This document shows positions 1 through 13,511 of a stretch of DNA of 64,000 nucleotides, piece after piece. How positions within the stretch are numbered: position 1 is the stretch's first letter; every line of letters begins with the position of its first letter. The notes beneath the pieces were generated by a model, which searched no databases, was not told where the DNA came from, and saw only the letters and a program-made list of their open reading frames with translations. This DNA is from Cycas panzhihuaensis (lineage: Eukaryota; Plantae; Cycadophyta), in assembly GCA_023213395.1 (NCBI GenBank), contig CM041465.1, positions 251,727,741 through 251,791,740 of the forward strand, written 5' to 3'. The translations under genes and the position numbers were made by a program.

Positions 1-99
1 AGAAATAAATATAGATGAAGAGGTGAAAACTATGACACATAAAGGAAAAGAGGCTCGCTTTGACATTATGTCTAATATGCTTGTAAGGCCCAACTTCCT

Positions 100-1580
100 T
101 TGATGAAGCAAAGGAAAAAGTTGAATGGAAGAATGCCATAGAGGAGGAGTATAACTCCATCATTAAAAATGATACACGAAAATTATCCAATCTACCCATT
201 AGAAATAATTCAATCAGTTATAGATGGGTTTACAAGGTAAAATTTCACCCAAATAGCTTTGTAGATAAGTATAAAGCAAGACTTGTCATGAAAAGGTATG
301 CTCAAGTTAAAGGGATAGACTTTAAGGAGACCTTTTCTCTAGTAGCGAAGATGACTATAATTGCATTATTGATTAGCATATTAGTATTGTTCAATTACTA
401 GGTATATTAAATGGATGTGGAGAGTGATTTTTGAAATGGTATTTTGGAAGATGAAATCCATATGGAGCTACCCAAGGAATCAAACTTGATAGGAATGAAC
501 ACTTGGTCTGTAAGTTTAGGAAATCCTTGTGTGATTTAAAACAAGTACTAGGGGCTTCGTATTTTAAGATTAACGAATATTTTTTATCCCATGGTTTCAC
601 AAATTACAAATTTGATTACAACTTGTATGTATAAATAGATGATAGACATATACTCATTATGATAGTATATTTGGATCACTTAATTATCACAAAGAGTAGC
701 ACTAATCATATTGTTAATCTCAAAAAGCAACTATGAAAAGCATTTGAGAAAACACATTTATGACTTGTGTTACTATCTTAGTATTGAAGTATGACATAAG
801 AAGGACAACATATTCATGTCTCGATCAAAATATAAACATAATTTATTGAGAAGATTTCACATGGAAGAGTATAAGCTAGTCACAACCCCTATTAAGATAA
901 GTTCCAAACTAATGAAGTAGACTAATAAGGAGACCATTGCTGAGACTTTGTTTGGATAACTAATAGGTAGTTATGTTACGGGATTAGTGTCTAGATTTAT
1001 GAGTGGTCCACCCATTCCATATTAAAAAGCTATTAAACAAATCCTAAAGTATGCAAAGGGAACTTTCAAGCATGGACTCGAGTTCACCAAATGTGGAGAG
1101 TTCAAACTTTAAGGTTTTACGTATTCATATTGGATTGGGAATATTGATGATAGGAGATCCACTTTAAGATACATTTTCACACTTGGATCAAGTGCAGTTT
1201 CTTGGGCCAATAAGAAACAAGCTACTATATCATTATCTTCTACATAGTCAAAGTACAAAGTAATGGTTGTAGCTACATGTGAAGTAATTTGACTAAGAAA
1301 ATATTTCTTCATATTAAACTTCTTCAAGAGGATGCCACATTTCTATTTTATAATAGTCATAGTACCATTTAGTTATAAAAAATGCTAATGTTTTGTGATA
1401 AGACTAAACACATTGAGATCTATCATCATTTCAGTTAGGAGCAAGAGAAAAACAACATAATATAGTTAGTATATTGTTTGAATAAGGACTAATTAGCAAA
1501 CATGCTGATGGAGGCTTTGAGCATGTAGAAATTCAAGAAGTTTAGAGAACTTCTGGGTGTGAAGGATGATGAAGTAAACA
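100..1580 (+). pseudogene. Copia pol (RT-RNase H) relic with many stops and frameshifts
   Basis: Motifs read manually across frames; no long ORF on + in the ORF track. Confidence 0.85.
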
Positions 1581-1593
1581 TTGGGGGAAGGGG

Positions 1594-1936
1594 TGTTAGG
1601 AATAACGTTTACTCCTTAGCATTTTTTGTTTGATAAGGCATTTTCTCACACGTGTGAGCATATAACCCCCATTCTCAAATTTTGTTATTCTAATATAGAT
1701 TTGTAATTCCTCTTTATTTTTCTAACTCTCTTTTATAACAACCTTTTAAGCTTATGTATAACAATGTACAATAACTCTTTGTATTTCTTAATAAAAAGTG
1801 AAGACATTATTGAGAGTTTGTCATATTGTTGTTCTACTTATGTTCCTAATTATTCAATGTCCTTATGTCTCAGTTGTATATTATTACATTGTTGAATTAC
1901 TACTAGTTTGATATCCTATTATTCAAATTTTCAACA
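1594..1936 (+). repeat. 3' LTR of the Copia element
   Basis: Follows the PPT; TGTT...AACA terminal inverted repeat. The partner LTR is outside the window, so the right end is inferred. Confidence 0.7.
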
Positions 1937-2777
1937 AGACCATGGCTAGGTGAATATCATAACCTAACCTTGTATAATGTATTTCTTTACATGTTTCATT
2001 AACAACTATCTATATAAAAGTAGTTTATGGATTCCTTTTAAAACTCTACTAGTTCCTTTTAGGATAGCATTCTTGTCTTAAAAGTTAATTGAGGTTTTGG
2101 TCTTTATGAGTTATAGTGATTAGAGTGCATCACTCAACTACTTCAAAAACAATAAAAATAATATGTATCTATACTATTAATCAAATCTTGAAAGTTAAAG
2201 TTACTAAAAGTTTACATGTGAGCCAACTATGGCTAATGTTCCATTCCATAGTTATCTAACATTGTATAAATATTTATGTTTGGTTACCATAAATGTGAGT
2301 TATTAATAATAGGACATAGCATGCAATTCTCACTTAACCATGGAGTTATATTGGAGGAAGTAAGGGATAAATTATTTTAATATGACCTAATTTCATGTAG
2401 GAATATCAAAGAACTTTGGCCTTTAATATTTCCATTGTAACCTTTGGTCTTTAATATACGAATTAGTCACATCATAATAGTTCCTCAAAAGTAAATAGTA
2501 TAATTTAACATTTACACTAGATCTTTTGTTCCTTTATTTTATTATACACTCATGAAACTTCTAAGTTACATAACTCCCATTAGTTATTTTAGTCTCATTA
2601 TTTTTAGTTTTCTAATGTTTATCACTAAAGAATTGGATTCTGAAATTCTTGTTTTATCTCTAATACTAGTAATTAATCCTTTTACGAATTTATTCATTTA
2701 GATATAGCCTTTAGTTATATCATGTATACGATATAGTAATTACTATAATTTATTAGAATCTTATTCTATTGACTTCA

Positions 2778-5700
2778 TGTTATATAAACTTCCAAGGTGA
2801 ATAACCCCTGAATATTTAGCTGTGTAGTTAAGGTGGTACAGGTTAATAACATTTATCAATAGGTGTGCACGAGCCCTATACCTCCACTAATAGAATCAAA
2901 GGCCACATGGCTCTCCAATAGAATGTTAGGAAACAAGGGCCACTTTTGTTTATTTAAGGCCATACATTTGTAAAGAAAAGACTTATGTAATAATATCCTC
3001 CTATAAGATTATACTCGCATATAACTACTCTTTGGTATCCATTAAGCTTCTTGTGCCCTGAATGTAATATGAGTTGTGTGCATTTAATAAAATAATATAT
3101 TTACATTATCTTATTACCTACTTGAAATACAAATTGTAAGTTGGATTATAACATGTGGTATCAAAGTGAGGTCACGAAAATTTAGCGAGAAGTTTTAGTA
3201 ACTGCGAAGGAAGGGATTCTTTTTCTCCCTTGATGAATTTTCAAACCCTCCCCTGCCAGTAAATTTTATTTCTGTTTTATTCTACTATTTACTACAAGTG
3301 AGCAATATATCCCCAAGACAACAAATCTCACCCTCCCTTCTCTAGAGTTTAGGTAAAGACCCTATGTCAAAGGTCTATAAACATTATAGAGACTTGTCGT
3401 TATTGGCTAAGCATAGTTGAGTATATGCCATTATATAAAATGAGGTGTGGATTATGCCAATACCTAAGCCTTAGATAGAATCGATTACATACTTGTGCCT
3501 CCATATACCCTTGGGTATATAAGAGGATCCTTATAGGCTCCCTCTCCAGCCTAGTGTAGGTAAATTATTGGCCATTTGTCCCTATGTAATGCACAAGTTA
3601 GCGAATAGAGCTCGAAAGTTATTATATACAAACATTTCTACATAATTATAGACCTTACAATGATGGTTTTTCCTCTATAAGTAGTGGCTTTGGATATTGG
3701 GCTAAGCTACAATAATGATAGAGAAGTTTATCATAGGGCCTACAAAGCTAAATACCCCCTTATCAGTGTCTAGTAGGTTCCCCCACCCCCTACAATCTAT
3801 TATTTTATAAACATCTCATTCATAAATCTTAAGTCTATTGTACCTCTATCACTTAAGCTAAGAACTACCACAAATTTATGACTGTGAGTTATCACTAAGT
3901 AAATCAATCATAATACTTTTAAACAACATCTCTAATAGCAAAGTGATCGTATAGATAGCAATAAGATTATCAAATCATAACACATTAGGTAATATTCCTA
4001 ATTCAACTCTCAAGAAATTTTCAATATAGAAAATAACCAAACACGCAACCTTGGAATTCGTAGCTAAACCTTCCACAACATCTACAACTTGGTCCATCCA
4101 AGTCTAGTCCTGTAGCCTGCATTAAATTAAAAAAAAAAAAACAAAGACAGGAAAGGGTCATAACTTTGCCTATACTTCTTGGACTTGAATGAAACCTGCA
4201 CCATTAGACTCATCGTAAAAAGAGTCCATGGCCCAAAGAATGACCCTATCAATTCATGTATCTTATTTTGATCAATATTTCATATTGAACAAAGTCCGCT
4301 AGGTCATTTTCAACTATCAATTTTGGAGAAAACTAGCCTACAGGCATCCTATAGGCCCTACTGCCACAAATTTCTCATTTACTACTCACTTACATCATTG
4401 TGAAGAGCTCATTATGCTTGCTCATGAACACTAGGTGATTTTCTTACTTAATTTTTAGGGTTAATAGACTATAAGCACCTTGTACCTTACCCCCTCTATC
4501 CTTTTTATATATCCCTACTACTTCAACACCCATTCTTCCTATCTCTCCTACTTCTTGTATTCCTTTCTTATTATTATTCCTTACCTCGTTAAGACCCCTT
4601 CTACAATGATTCATTCTAAATGGATTTCCTCTTTAGCAACTCAATTCATTAATATGCAATAGGATACATCCAAGCCATCCTCAAACTTTATAAACCTCAC
4701 CAAATAGGTTACATATATAAATAATCAAATCTCTAACTTTCTCTAAGTGACCAATTCTAACTCTTCTAGCATTTCGCAAAATAGAGCACCCTAAGGTAGT
4801 ATCCCACCTCCCTAGTCTACATGCCAACAATTGTTTACTTATAAGATTAATATACTAGTCTTCAATCTAGATCTCAATAAGGATGTAACTCATAATTGGA
4901 TCAATAAGTTAGATTTCTATTTTGCACTCAGCCACCTATCTAGATCCAATAAATTAACTTTTGCCACCATCTATTTAAAAGGCAAAGCTCACCATTGGTA
5001 TAAATGGTGGACCCATAAATACCTATCCAATCAAACATGGAACCAATTTTATAAATGTTTTTTTGAGCAATATGAAGAGACATGAAGCCAATCTTTTTTT
5101 AATCAATTAATGTGACTATGACATACCATGTCAGTTGAGGCTTACACAAAGTAGTTTTAAGTAATCTATACTCGAGTCACCCAATACTTGGACAAACAAA
5201 CATTGGTTGAAACTTACATAGTCAATCTTAATGATTAAATCTAAATGAGGATAAAGACTAACCGACCTCCTAGCTTATGAGATGCCATCAATTATTCCAA
5301 AGTAATTGAAGTCAAATTTATAACAAAGAAAGCATATAGAGTTCAATGACACATACCATGGTTCAATCGCCAAGGGCTCGTAAAACCTTATAGACCTCTA
5401 ATGCTTTGAGAAGAAGAACCTCCTTGGCAAAGTATTAGACTATCTCGTTGAATGTCCTGTTGCAAAACAATCATCGAAATAAGTGCAGATACCCTCCTTT
5501 GAGGTGCATAAGCACTGAGAATCTAGTCTATGTTCATAACGTACAGAAAAATGGTTCTTGAAACATGGGTGTATATGTAAAGCCAAAAGAGTCATCTTCA
5601 CCATTAACCCTGACTCAGACTCTAATATGAAACTAAAGAAGAGACACCCCTATAACCCTCCCTATATCTTGATCCTAAACCTAAAACAGTCTTGTTTATT

Positions 5701-8700
5701 GTTTCCTCTTCTACTTGTCTTAACCCGTTGCACACTAGAGGGACCTTAAGGGAAACCCCCATAATAGTTTTAATAAATAGTGGCACATCCTTAAACTTCA
5801 TTAATATTGTTACATCCAGATAATTAAATCTCTATATTGAACCAAAAATAAGGTTTAATTATTCTCTCCTAGGCCACTACTCCCTCCATTATATTAGTGT
5901 CATTTGTAACCTTCAAGTCCAAATTGGCACCTATCAGCTCAAGTTTGACTTTTATGTTATATCCATTGGGGGATCTAATACCATCTTGGGGATCTAATAG
6001 CTCCAAATACTATGAACTTATAACACTAATTCTCCCATAAGAACCCATTTATAATATTTAAGGACCATTATAACCATATTTATAAACTCTATGACCTCTA
6101 ATTCCCACCTAATAAACTCATTTTTCTTAAGCAAATGAGTAAAAAACTCAATAGGATCATCAAATATATTATTCACATTAATATCATTCAATCATAATCT
6201 GAGGTCAACTCGAATATCTACTCCATCCTCACCAAATACCAATCAATTTTTTCCCCCTTACCTGGTAGCCCTCCCCCAGATCGTGGATTCCACCATACCA
6301 TCAATCTAAAAAACCCTCACAACTCGATTAGCTTATACTTGTATTGAAACTATTACTTCTAAAAGAAGGCAATCAAACATATCATTAATGAACTCATAGA
6401 TATAAGAATCATATAACCAAGTAAAAGCCCCTATGCAGCCTCCATTATGCTCATTCAAAAAAAGCATGGTTCTTTATGACTTTGTATTGATTATAGGGAA
6501 CTCAATAAATTGGCTATCGAGAATAAGTTCTTCACTTCCTGGATTGATGACATGTTAAATGAAATCCATGGGGCTACAATCTTCTCTAAAATAGACTTGC
6601 AAACTAGATATTACCAAATACCAATAACCCTCGAGGATAGGTGCAAAATAACTTTTCAAACTCATCATGGCTATTTTAAATTTCAAGTCATGCCTTTTGG
6701 GCTATGTAATTTTTTAGCTACCTTTTAAGCCTTAATGAATAAAATCTTTACTCCTTACCTTCAGAAGTTCATTATTGTGTCCTTTAATGACATCTTAATT
6801 TATAGTACTAGTATGCCCTACATCTCTAACATTTAGAAATTTCCCTTCAAGTCCCAAGTCAAAATTAATTATACATAAAGATGTCAAAGTGTGAATTTAG
6901 AAAAACTAAATTACAATACTTAGGGTACATCATTTTTGTAGTTGGAGTATGAGTTGACCTTAATAAAATATTAGTTATCATCTAATGGCCCATCCTAAAG
7001 AACCTAATGCAATTATGGGCCTTCCTCAAGTTAACTAGTTTCTATTGTCACTTTATAAAAAACTATATATCCATAACCACCCCCTTGATGAACTTATTCT
7101 ATAAGAACTCTTTTCAGTGGTTACTAAGTGCTGAGGATGCCTTCAACCTTTTAAAAGTTCTCATGATAACTACAACCATCCTCTCCACCCCTAATTTTTC
7201 TTAACCATTCAAATTAGAATGTGATGCATCCAGTATAGGACTAGGGGCTATCCTCATGTAGAATTTTCATCCTATTATGTTTAAAACTTAGAATCTTAAA
7301 GAGCATGAGTGTCAACTCTCTATTTACCAAAAAGAAATAAGATACATCCTATATGCAATTGACAAGTGATGCTAATATCTAGTTGGCTTCAAGTTCACCA
7401 TTTTGACAGACCATCATAGTCTCCACCACTTGCTAAACTAACTAATTTTGTCATAAGAACAAGCTAAATGGGTCGATAGATTACAAGTCTTTAACTTTAC
7501 CATCTCATACAAAAAAGACAAGAATAATGTTATCAAAGATAACCTTTCTCGACTCCCAGTTGAGCCTACCATTCAAGCTATCTCTACGCCCTAACCTTGT
7601 TGGCTCTATGACTTCGCTGAGGCTAATAAATCCTAACCTAACTTTACCGCCTTGACTAATAAGGTTCAAAACCATAAAGATTAGAACTCACACAATAACT
7701 ACCTTCTCTATCAGAATTGCATCTCTGTATACCTCACCTCTTAATTTATTAACTGCATCTTATTTGAGTATCACAACATCCCCCTTGGAGGCCACTCAAG
7801 ATTTGAAAAAAGTTATCATCAAATTTGATCAAATTTCTATTAGCCTTGAATGAAGTTAGTCATCCTCACATATATATCTAAATACGATACATGTTAACAT
7901 AACAAGGTGGGCATCAAGGTCCAACCTAGCCTACTTCAACCCTTGAAGATCCCTCAAGGTAAATGGTAAAACATTGTCATGGACTTCATCATGGGACTCC
8001 TATGATTAATTGGGTATGACTCCATTTGGGTCATCATTAGTTACCTAACTGAATATACCCATTTCCTCCCTATCCACATTGCTTACAAAGCCCCCATTTG
8101 GCTAAACTCTACATCTAATTTTTCTTTCATCTCCATAGCTTCCTATCAACCATTGTATTGGATAAAGATCCCAAATTCATAAGCTCCTTTTAATAGTAAC
8201 TTTTTCGTACACAGGGAACATCCATCCATATTAGCTCCTACTATCAACCCCAAGCTGATGGGTAATTTAGAATTCCTAACAAGACCTTAGAAATATACCT
8301 ATGTTCTTTTGCCGTAGAATACCAACGTTGATGGACCTCTTGGTTAACCTTAGTTGAGTACTTATACAATTCTTCTCATCACTCTACAATTGGTATGACT
8401 CCATTCATGGCCCTCTATGGTTATCCCCCACCCTGCCACCATACTTTGGCCACCAATATTCATACTACTATGATACAACAAGTACCATAGGATATGGATA
8501 ACATCCTCCATACACTTAAACAAAACCTAGCCTCTGCGTAAAATTGAATGAAATAACTAATGGACCACCATTGATCTGATCAATCATTTGAAGTGGGTGA
8601 CATAGGTTTCCTTCATTTTCAACCTTGCAAGCAATAATCTCTCTAATATCATAAGTCCTATAAGTTAAGTCCCTAATATTATAGCCCCGATAAAATCACT

Positions 8701-9412
8701 CAGCAAATTGGTGCAATCGCATATGCCCTTGCTTTCCCCCCTAATACTAAGATCTGTAATGTCTTCCATATATCCTGCCTTAAAAAATACTTAGGAAAGT
8801 CTACAATATGCCAAATAGCCCTTTATACTCTCTAAGAAGAAAAAATCTTCATAGTTCCCCCCATATGTATTCTAAACACTAGACATTATTGTCTCCAAAA
8901 CATAACTATTTTCAAACATCTAATATAGTGGGTCGATTGTGCACCTAAGGAAGCTACATAGGAATTTGGAAACTTCATCAAGTAGCACCTACATCTTCAG
9001 TGCTTTGAGGACTCAACATGTCAAAAGGGGGGACCTATTATGTAACCTTCCAAGGTGAATAATACATAAACATCTAGTTGTACAGTTAAGGTGGTAGAGG
9101 TTATTGACATTTATCGATAAGTATGCACGGGCTGTATACCTCCACTGATGGAATCAAAGGACACATGGCCCTTTAATAAAATTTTAGAAAATAACAACCA
9201 CTTTTATCTATTTAAGGCCATATATTTATAAATAAAGGACTTATGTAATGATCTCCTCTTGTAAGATTATACTTGCATACATCTACTCTTTGGTATGTAT
9301 TAAGCTTTCTTACACCCTGAATATAATATGAGTTGTGTGCATTTAATAAAAGAATCTGTTTGCACTCTCTTATTGCCTATATGAAGTACAAATTGTAGGT
9401 TGGATCATAACA
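2778..9412 (+). mobile_element. Full-length Ty3/Gypsy chromovirus (Reina-like), degenerate
   Basis: LTRs 2778-3153 and 9036-9412 (~376 bp, ~85% similar). Perfect TSD CTTCA at 2773-2777 and 9413-9417. PBS TGGTATCAAAG (tRNA-iMet type) at 3156; PPT AAAAGGGGGGA at 9023-9033. Domain order gag-PR-RT-RH-INT-chromodomain. Confidence 0.95.
4606..9030 (+). pseudogene. Gypsy gag-pol relic with C-terminal chromodomain
   Basis: Gag YLKGKAHHWYKW (ORF 4831-5085); RT IFSKIDLQTRYYQI...FQTHHGYFKFQVMPFGLCN (6510-6728); RH ECDASSIGLGAIL (~7218); INT MDFIMGL (~7980); chromodomain LI*WVDCAPKEAT*E (~8920-8965). Confidence 0.9.
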
Positions 9413-10311
9413 CTTCATATATTATTTCAAAGTATGAAATCTATTTTATTTCTCTTCTAAGTAGTACACAAATAGGTACTCTTGAAGCATGTCTAAGAGA
9501 AATGGGTTTCTATAATGTCATTTATCTCTTTGTGATGGCTCCATTATAATTCAACAATAATTTATAAATAAAAAAAACCACTTGGGACTTATTGTAGTCG
9601 AAATAGTTAGTAAGTCTAAAATACTTCTCTGTACTTTATGTCCAAACTTTACTGTTTGCTCCCTCATCTTTTTAAAACAAAAGATTAAGTTTGATAGAAT
9701 CGAGAGACAAAGGGAAGAGAGAGAATGCACGAGAGAGTTAACCATCAACCTAATAGAGTGGTGGTGTTGATGAACACCACAATCTTTAAATCCTATGAAT
9801 AAATAGGTAGGATGTGAGCAGGATATGGCACACCACTCAATGTCCACTACTGACTAGCATTGACAAATGCCAGAAAGGATGCCACCAATATCTAACAAAG
9901 TGTGACTAAATGCAACTAGGATCTGACATAGAGTCACTATGATATCTATGCCAATATCTAAGTTATCACCCTAATGTAGGTAATTAACCCTAGGTAGATA
10001 CAAGCCCTAATGGGCATTATTCCAATAAAGTTATATGCCCACGTTGATGTTTATGAAGAGAAGGGTATATTGATCTATGCTCCTAATGATTTAAACTCTT
10101 ATTAGAATCCTAGGTATGATTCCCAAAATATTATCAGGTACCATAATGCAATAAGAAAGTTGAAAGACTTTGTACTTCCCTTTATGACATAAATATGGTT
10201 TAACCATGTCTTAAATTATTTATCTTCCTTTTTGATATTTAAACTTAGGCTAGTGTACTCCTCATGATATTTTCTAGTACTCCTTCATGACCATTTCTTA
10301 GAAGACATAAC

Positions 10312-10866
10312 TATTGAGAAGGTCAAAGGATAAGAATGCTTAAGACCAATAATATCCAAGATCATGAAGATAGTTCACTCCAATTATAGAAAGCATAAGA
10401 GCAAAACTAAAAGATAAGCAAGACCAAGATCAAAGAGGAAGATTATACCAAAGTATGAGGAGAAGGAATTAGTCTTACTCTAAAGGAATATTAATTGATT
10501 AGCAAACTACTAGCATAACATTACACTCCAACTCTGCATATGAGACATGAGGAGAGGTCTTAATATATAAAGAAATTGAGGTTACCTAATAACGTTGGAT
10601 GTTTGCCAAGTGGCAAATATCCAAGCTACATGCTATGCATGCCTTGCATGTCATGCATGAAGGACATGTGTTCTTTTGGGCTCTCAAGTGAGCAAAGATG
10701 CATGGGAGTCCATGTGACCCTTTAGTTACAATGTTATGTCACTCGGAGGAATGTGGGTGTGCACTTTATCACTTAAGTGATAAGTCACCCCATAAAGTAC
10801 AAAATAATAAATAAACGAATAAAGTGAATAAAGTATATACTTAACATGTAAACATAAGGTTTAACA
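10312..10866 (-). mobile_element. Solo LTR (555 bp)
   Basis: Termini TATTGA (decayed TGTTGA) and TTAACA, flanked by ATAAC (10307-10311) and ATAAT (10867-10871), a 5-bp TSD with one C>T. No PBS, PPT or internal region. Orientation inferred from composition only. Confidence 0.7.
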
Positions 10867-11169
10867 ATAATATGATATACACACTCAATTGAAGGTAATA
10901 AGATGGGATCTTAACTAACAATCTTGGTATTAAGATATAAAACCTCCAAATTACTTCATTGAAAAATATAATAAACATGTGATATTAGAGATAACTTAGG
11001 TGTAGCCAAAGAGAGTTACGTACACATATGGAACACTTAATATGAAATTTACTAAGGACATGAGTTAATTAGCTATGCTTTTTCTAAAATTCCTTAATTT
11101 TTTAAGACTTTAGATTACTTGTAATAAAACTAAAGGCCATATCAATAACCAGCCCCATTATGAGTTTAC

Positions 11170-12250
11170 CAAGGTGGAATTCTAGTAAGAGACTTAAAAT
11201 AAATCATACAAATCATTGAATGGATTTTCCTTAACACAATCTTAGCTAACAAAGGTCAAATAATATATTCCCTTAATAATGTCAAAAATTTTGGTAGGAA
11301 ACTTAATTTACAGTTATAATTTTTGTGCCTATATATTCATACATTTATTTATGTGATCTCATTAAATAGTAGGATATTCTATATGTGAGTATTTCCAAGA
11401 ATTTCTTCCATTTAGTGCACTTGTGGGAAATTAAGTAAATTCTTCCTATATTCATGAAGTATAATAATCCTCCCTTTAATTTTCTTAGGCATAATCAAGT
11501 TGATAATCTCACTAAATATTTTAGATATTAGGCAGAAAACTTAATAAGATTGGCTATTATAAGCTATGAATCTTGCTAGGTTAAAGATTTTCATATTGTC
11601 CTTCTATTTAAAATATTCTTATTGTTGTTTGTTCTTGTATACATTAAGAGTGATTCATAGAAGATCATATAAATAGTGCTTCTCCAATTAAAGAATCTTC
11701 AACAAGGTAGAATTCTAATAGAAAACTTAAAATAAATGATACAATTTACTTAATAGAATTTCCTTAATAATATCTTAGCTAAACGAGGTTAATTAATCTA
11801 TTCCTTTAATAATTTTAAACTTTTTGGCAAGTAACTTAGTTTACAAGTGTTAAGTTTGTGCTTGCAAATTCATAGATTAATTTCTTATATGACAAGATAT
11901 AATCTTGCTAAACAATAGGATATTCTATATGTGGGTGTTTCCAAGAATTGCTCCCATTTATTATAATTATAGGAAATTAAGTAAATTCATCCTATATTCA
12001 TAAAGGGTAATAATCCTTCCGTAAAATTAAGATTCTTAGGCATAATTAGGTTAATAATGTAACTAGTTATTTTAGATATTAGGGAGAAATCTTAATAGGA
12101 TTAAATGTCATAAGCTTTCAAATTTGTTGGTTAAAAATTTTTATATCTTCCTTCTATCCAAAATGTTCCTATTATAGCTTCTTCTTGTGTAGGTTAAGTA
12201 TGATTTACAAACAATGATGTAGTCGGTGCATCTACAATTGGGTATCTTAA
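11170..12250. repeat. Diverged tandem duplication, two units of ~533-548 bp
   Basis: CAAGGTGGAATTCTAGTAAGAGACTTAAAATAAATCATACA (11170) recurs as CAAGGTAGAATTCTAATAGAAAACTTAAAATAAATGATACA (11703), with colinear similarity (~75-80%) through both units. Confidence 0.9.
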
Positions 12251-13511
12251 CCTATTGGTAAATATAAGTTACTTTGGCCTCTTGGTTCAAGTGGGGAGAG
12301 CAACACTTATATTAATTTCCTCTTATATCTAGTTTTGTGTCATCGAAAGGAAAAACAATAAGGTTTTTATTGTAATCTTCTTTGTTGGCATACTATATTG
12401 CTTGAACTGGGGAAGGGCATAGATAAGACATTGGTTAGAAGAAGGAGCAATGTGAATATACAAGTTCTAGGGTGACTCATATTAAGATAATATACATGGG
12501 TGACTTGGAGACTTTAATTCATGCTTTGATCATAAAATGACTAAACGTATACCAGGATGCTTTACCTTTATTTGATTTGTTATAGGAAGGAATAATTATT
12601 TGAGTTTTCATGATTCTATTTCATTATTATTTGATGTATTAAGCAATGGACCAAATAATCATTATAAAAACATGACTTTTCATTTATTTCATGGATTTTC
12701 TTTATGTTATATGCTCTTCATATTATACTTTTGAAACATTATTATTTTGTAAGATTATCTATTGTAGAAATAATATTTGTATCTCAACTTATAGTTACAA
12801 AAGTTATATTTCCAAGCTTTAGTTATGGTACACACTTGTCTTACAAAATAAATTGGCTCTAAGCCCCACTTCACTTTATCACGTCTAATACTTTTTATCT
12901 CCATTATATTCTACTATTAGTAATGATGGTTGCATGGCATAATAACTTAATTAAAATGTCAGTTGTTAGCTAACTAAAATGTTCATTGATAGTTTCTATT
13001 GCCTTTTATTCTTAATTATATTTATATATTTCATAGGTATAAATAGTTATATCTATGGATTGCTACATGTAGATCTTTGTAGTTGTATAATTGGAGTCAT
13101 TTATATTATTTAAATTTTTATTTTTTACTAAGTTTAGAATGGAAAATTTCCAAACTAGGCTTTTGTATAATAAATATAATAACATTTCCATTTATGAAAA
13201 ACTCATAAAATTGACCACTATAATGAGTTTTTCCTCTAAGTAATCTCCTTAGCAAAAGATAGACTATAGAATAAGAGATTCCATAATAACACTATATTAC
13301 GTAAGATTTAGAAGTATGAAGAGCATGTGATGGAAATGAAATTTTAGTTTATTCCTATTATGAACTTTGTTAAAATCTAGGAATTAGGGATCCTTGTCAA
13401 ATAAAAAACACATATATACTATCATAATTATATGTTTTAATAATGTAAAATTTAGTAAGATATAAATTTGTAAAAGTCTTTCATTCATTTTACATTGTCC
13501 ATACATTTGAC

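Larger units (their letters stand above)
1..1936 (+). mobile_element. Ty1/Copia LTR retrotransposon, 3' part (RT-RNase H, PPT, 3' LTR); continues left of the window
   Basis: Degenerate Copia RT (WVYKVK...YKARLV.K.YAQ..GIDF.ETFS, IVYLDHL = YVDDL at ~665) and RNase H (SWANKKQATISLSST, ~1200). PPT GGGGGAAGGGG at 1583-1593, then LTR TGTTAG(1594)...TCAACA(1936). Confidence 0.9.

Noticed and set aside
2400-2770. MULE/MITE-like CTTTGG(C/T)CTTTAAT repeats
   Set aside because: Only two short copies; no terminal inverted repeat pair or TSD could be defined.
9551-9847. Overlapping 98-aa and 62-aa ORFs
   Set aside because: Driven by a GA-rich low-complexity stretch; no homology recognised.
12330-12600. 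Possible small host exons (AG|TTTTGTGTC...AATAAG|GT)
   Set aside because: Splice-like dinucleotides only; no recognisable protein, and stops occur in the neighbouring frames.
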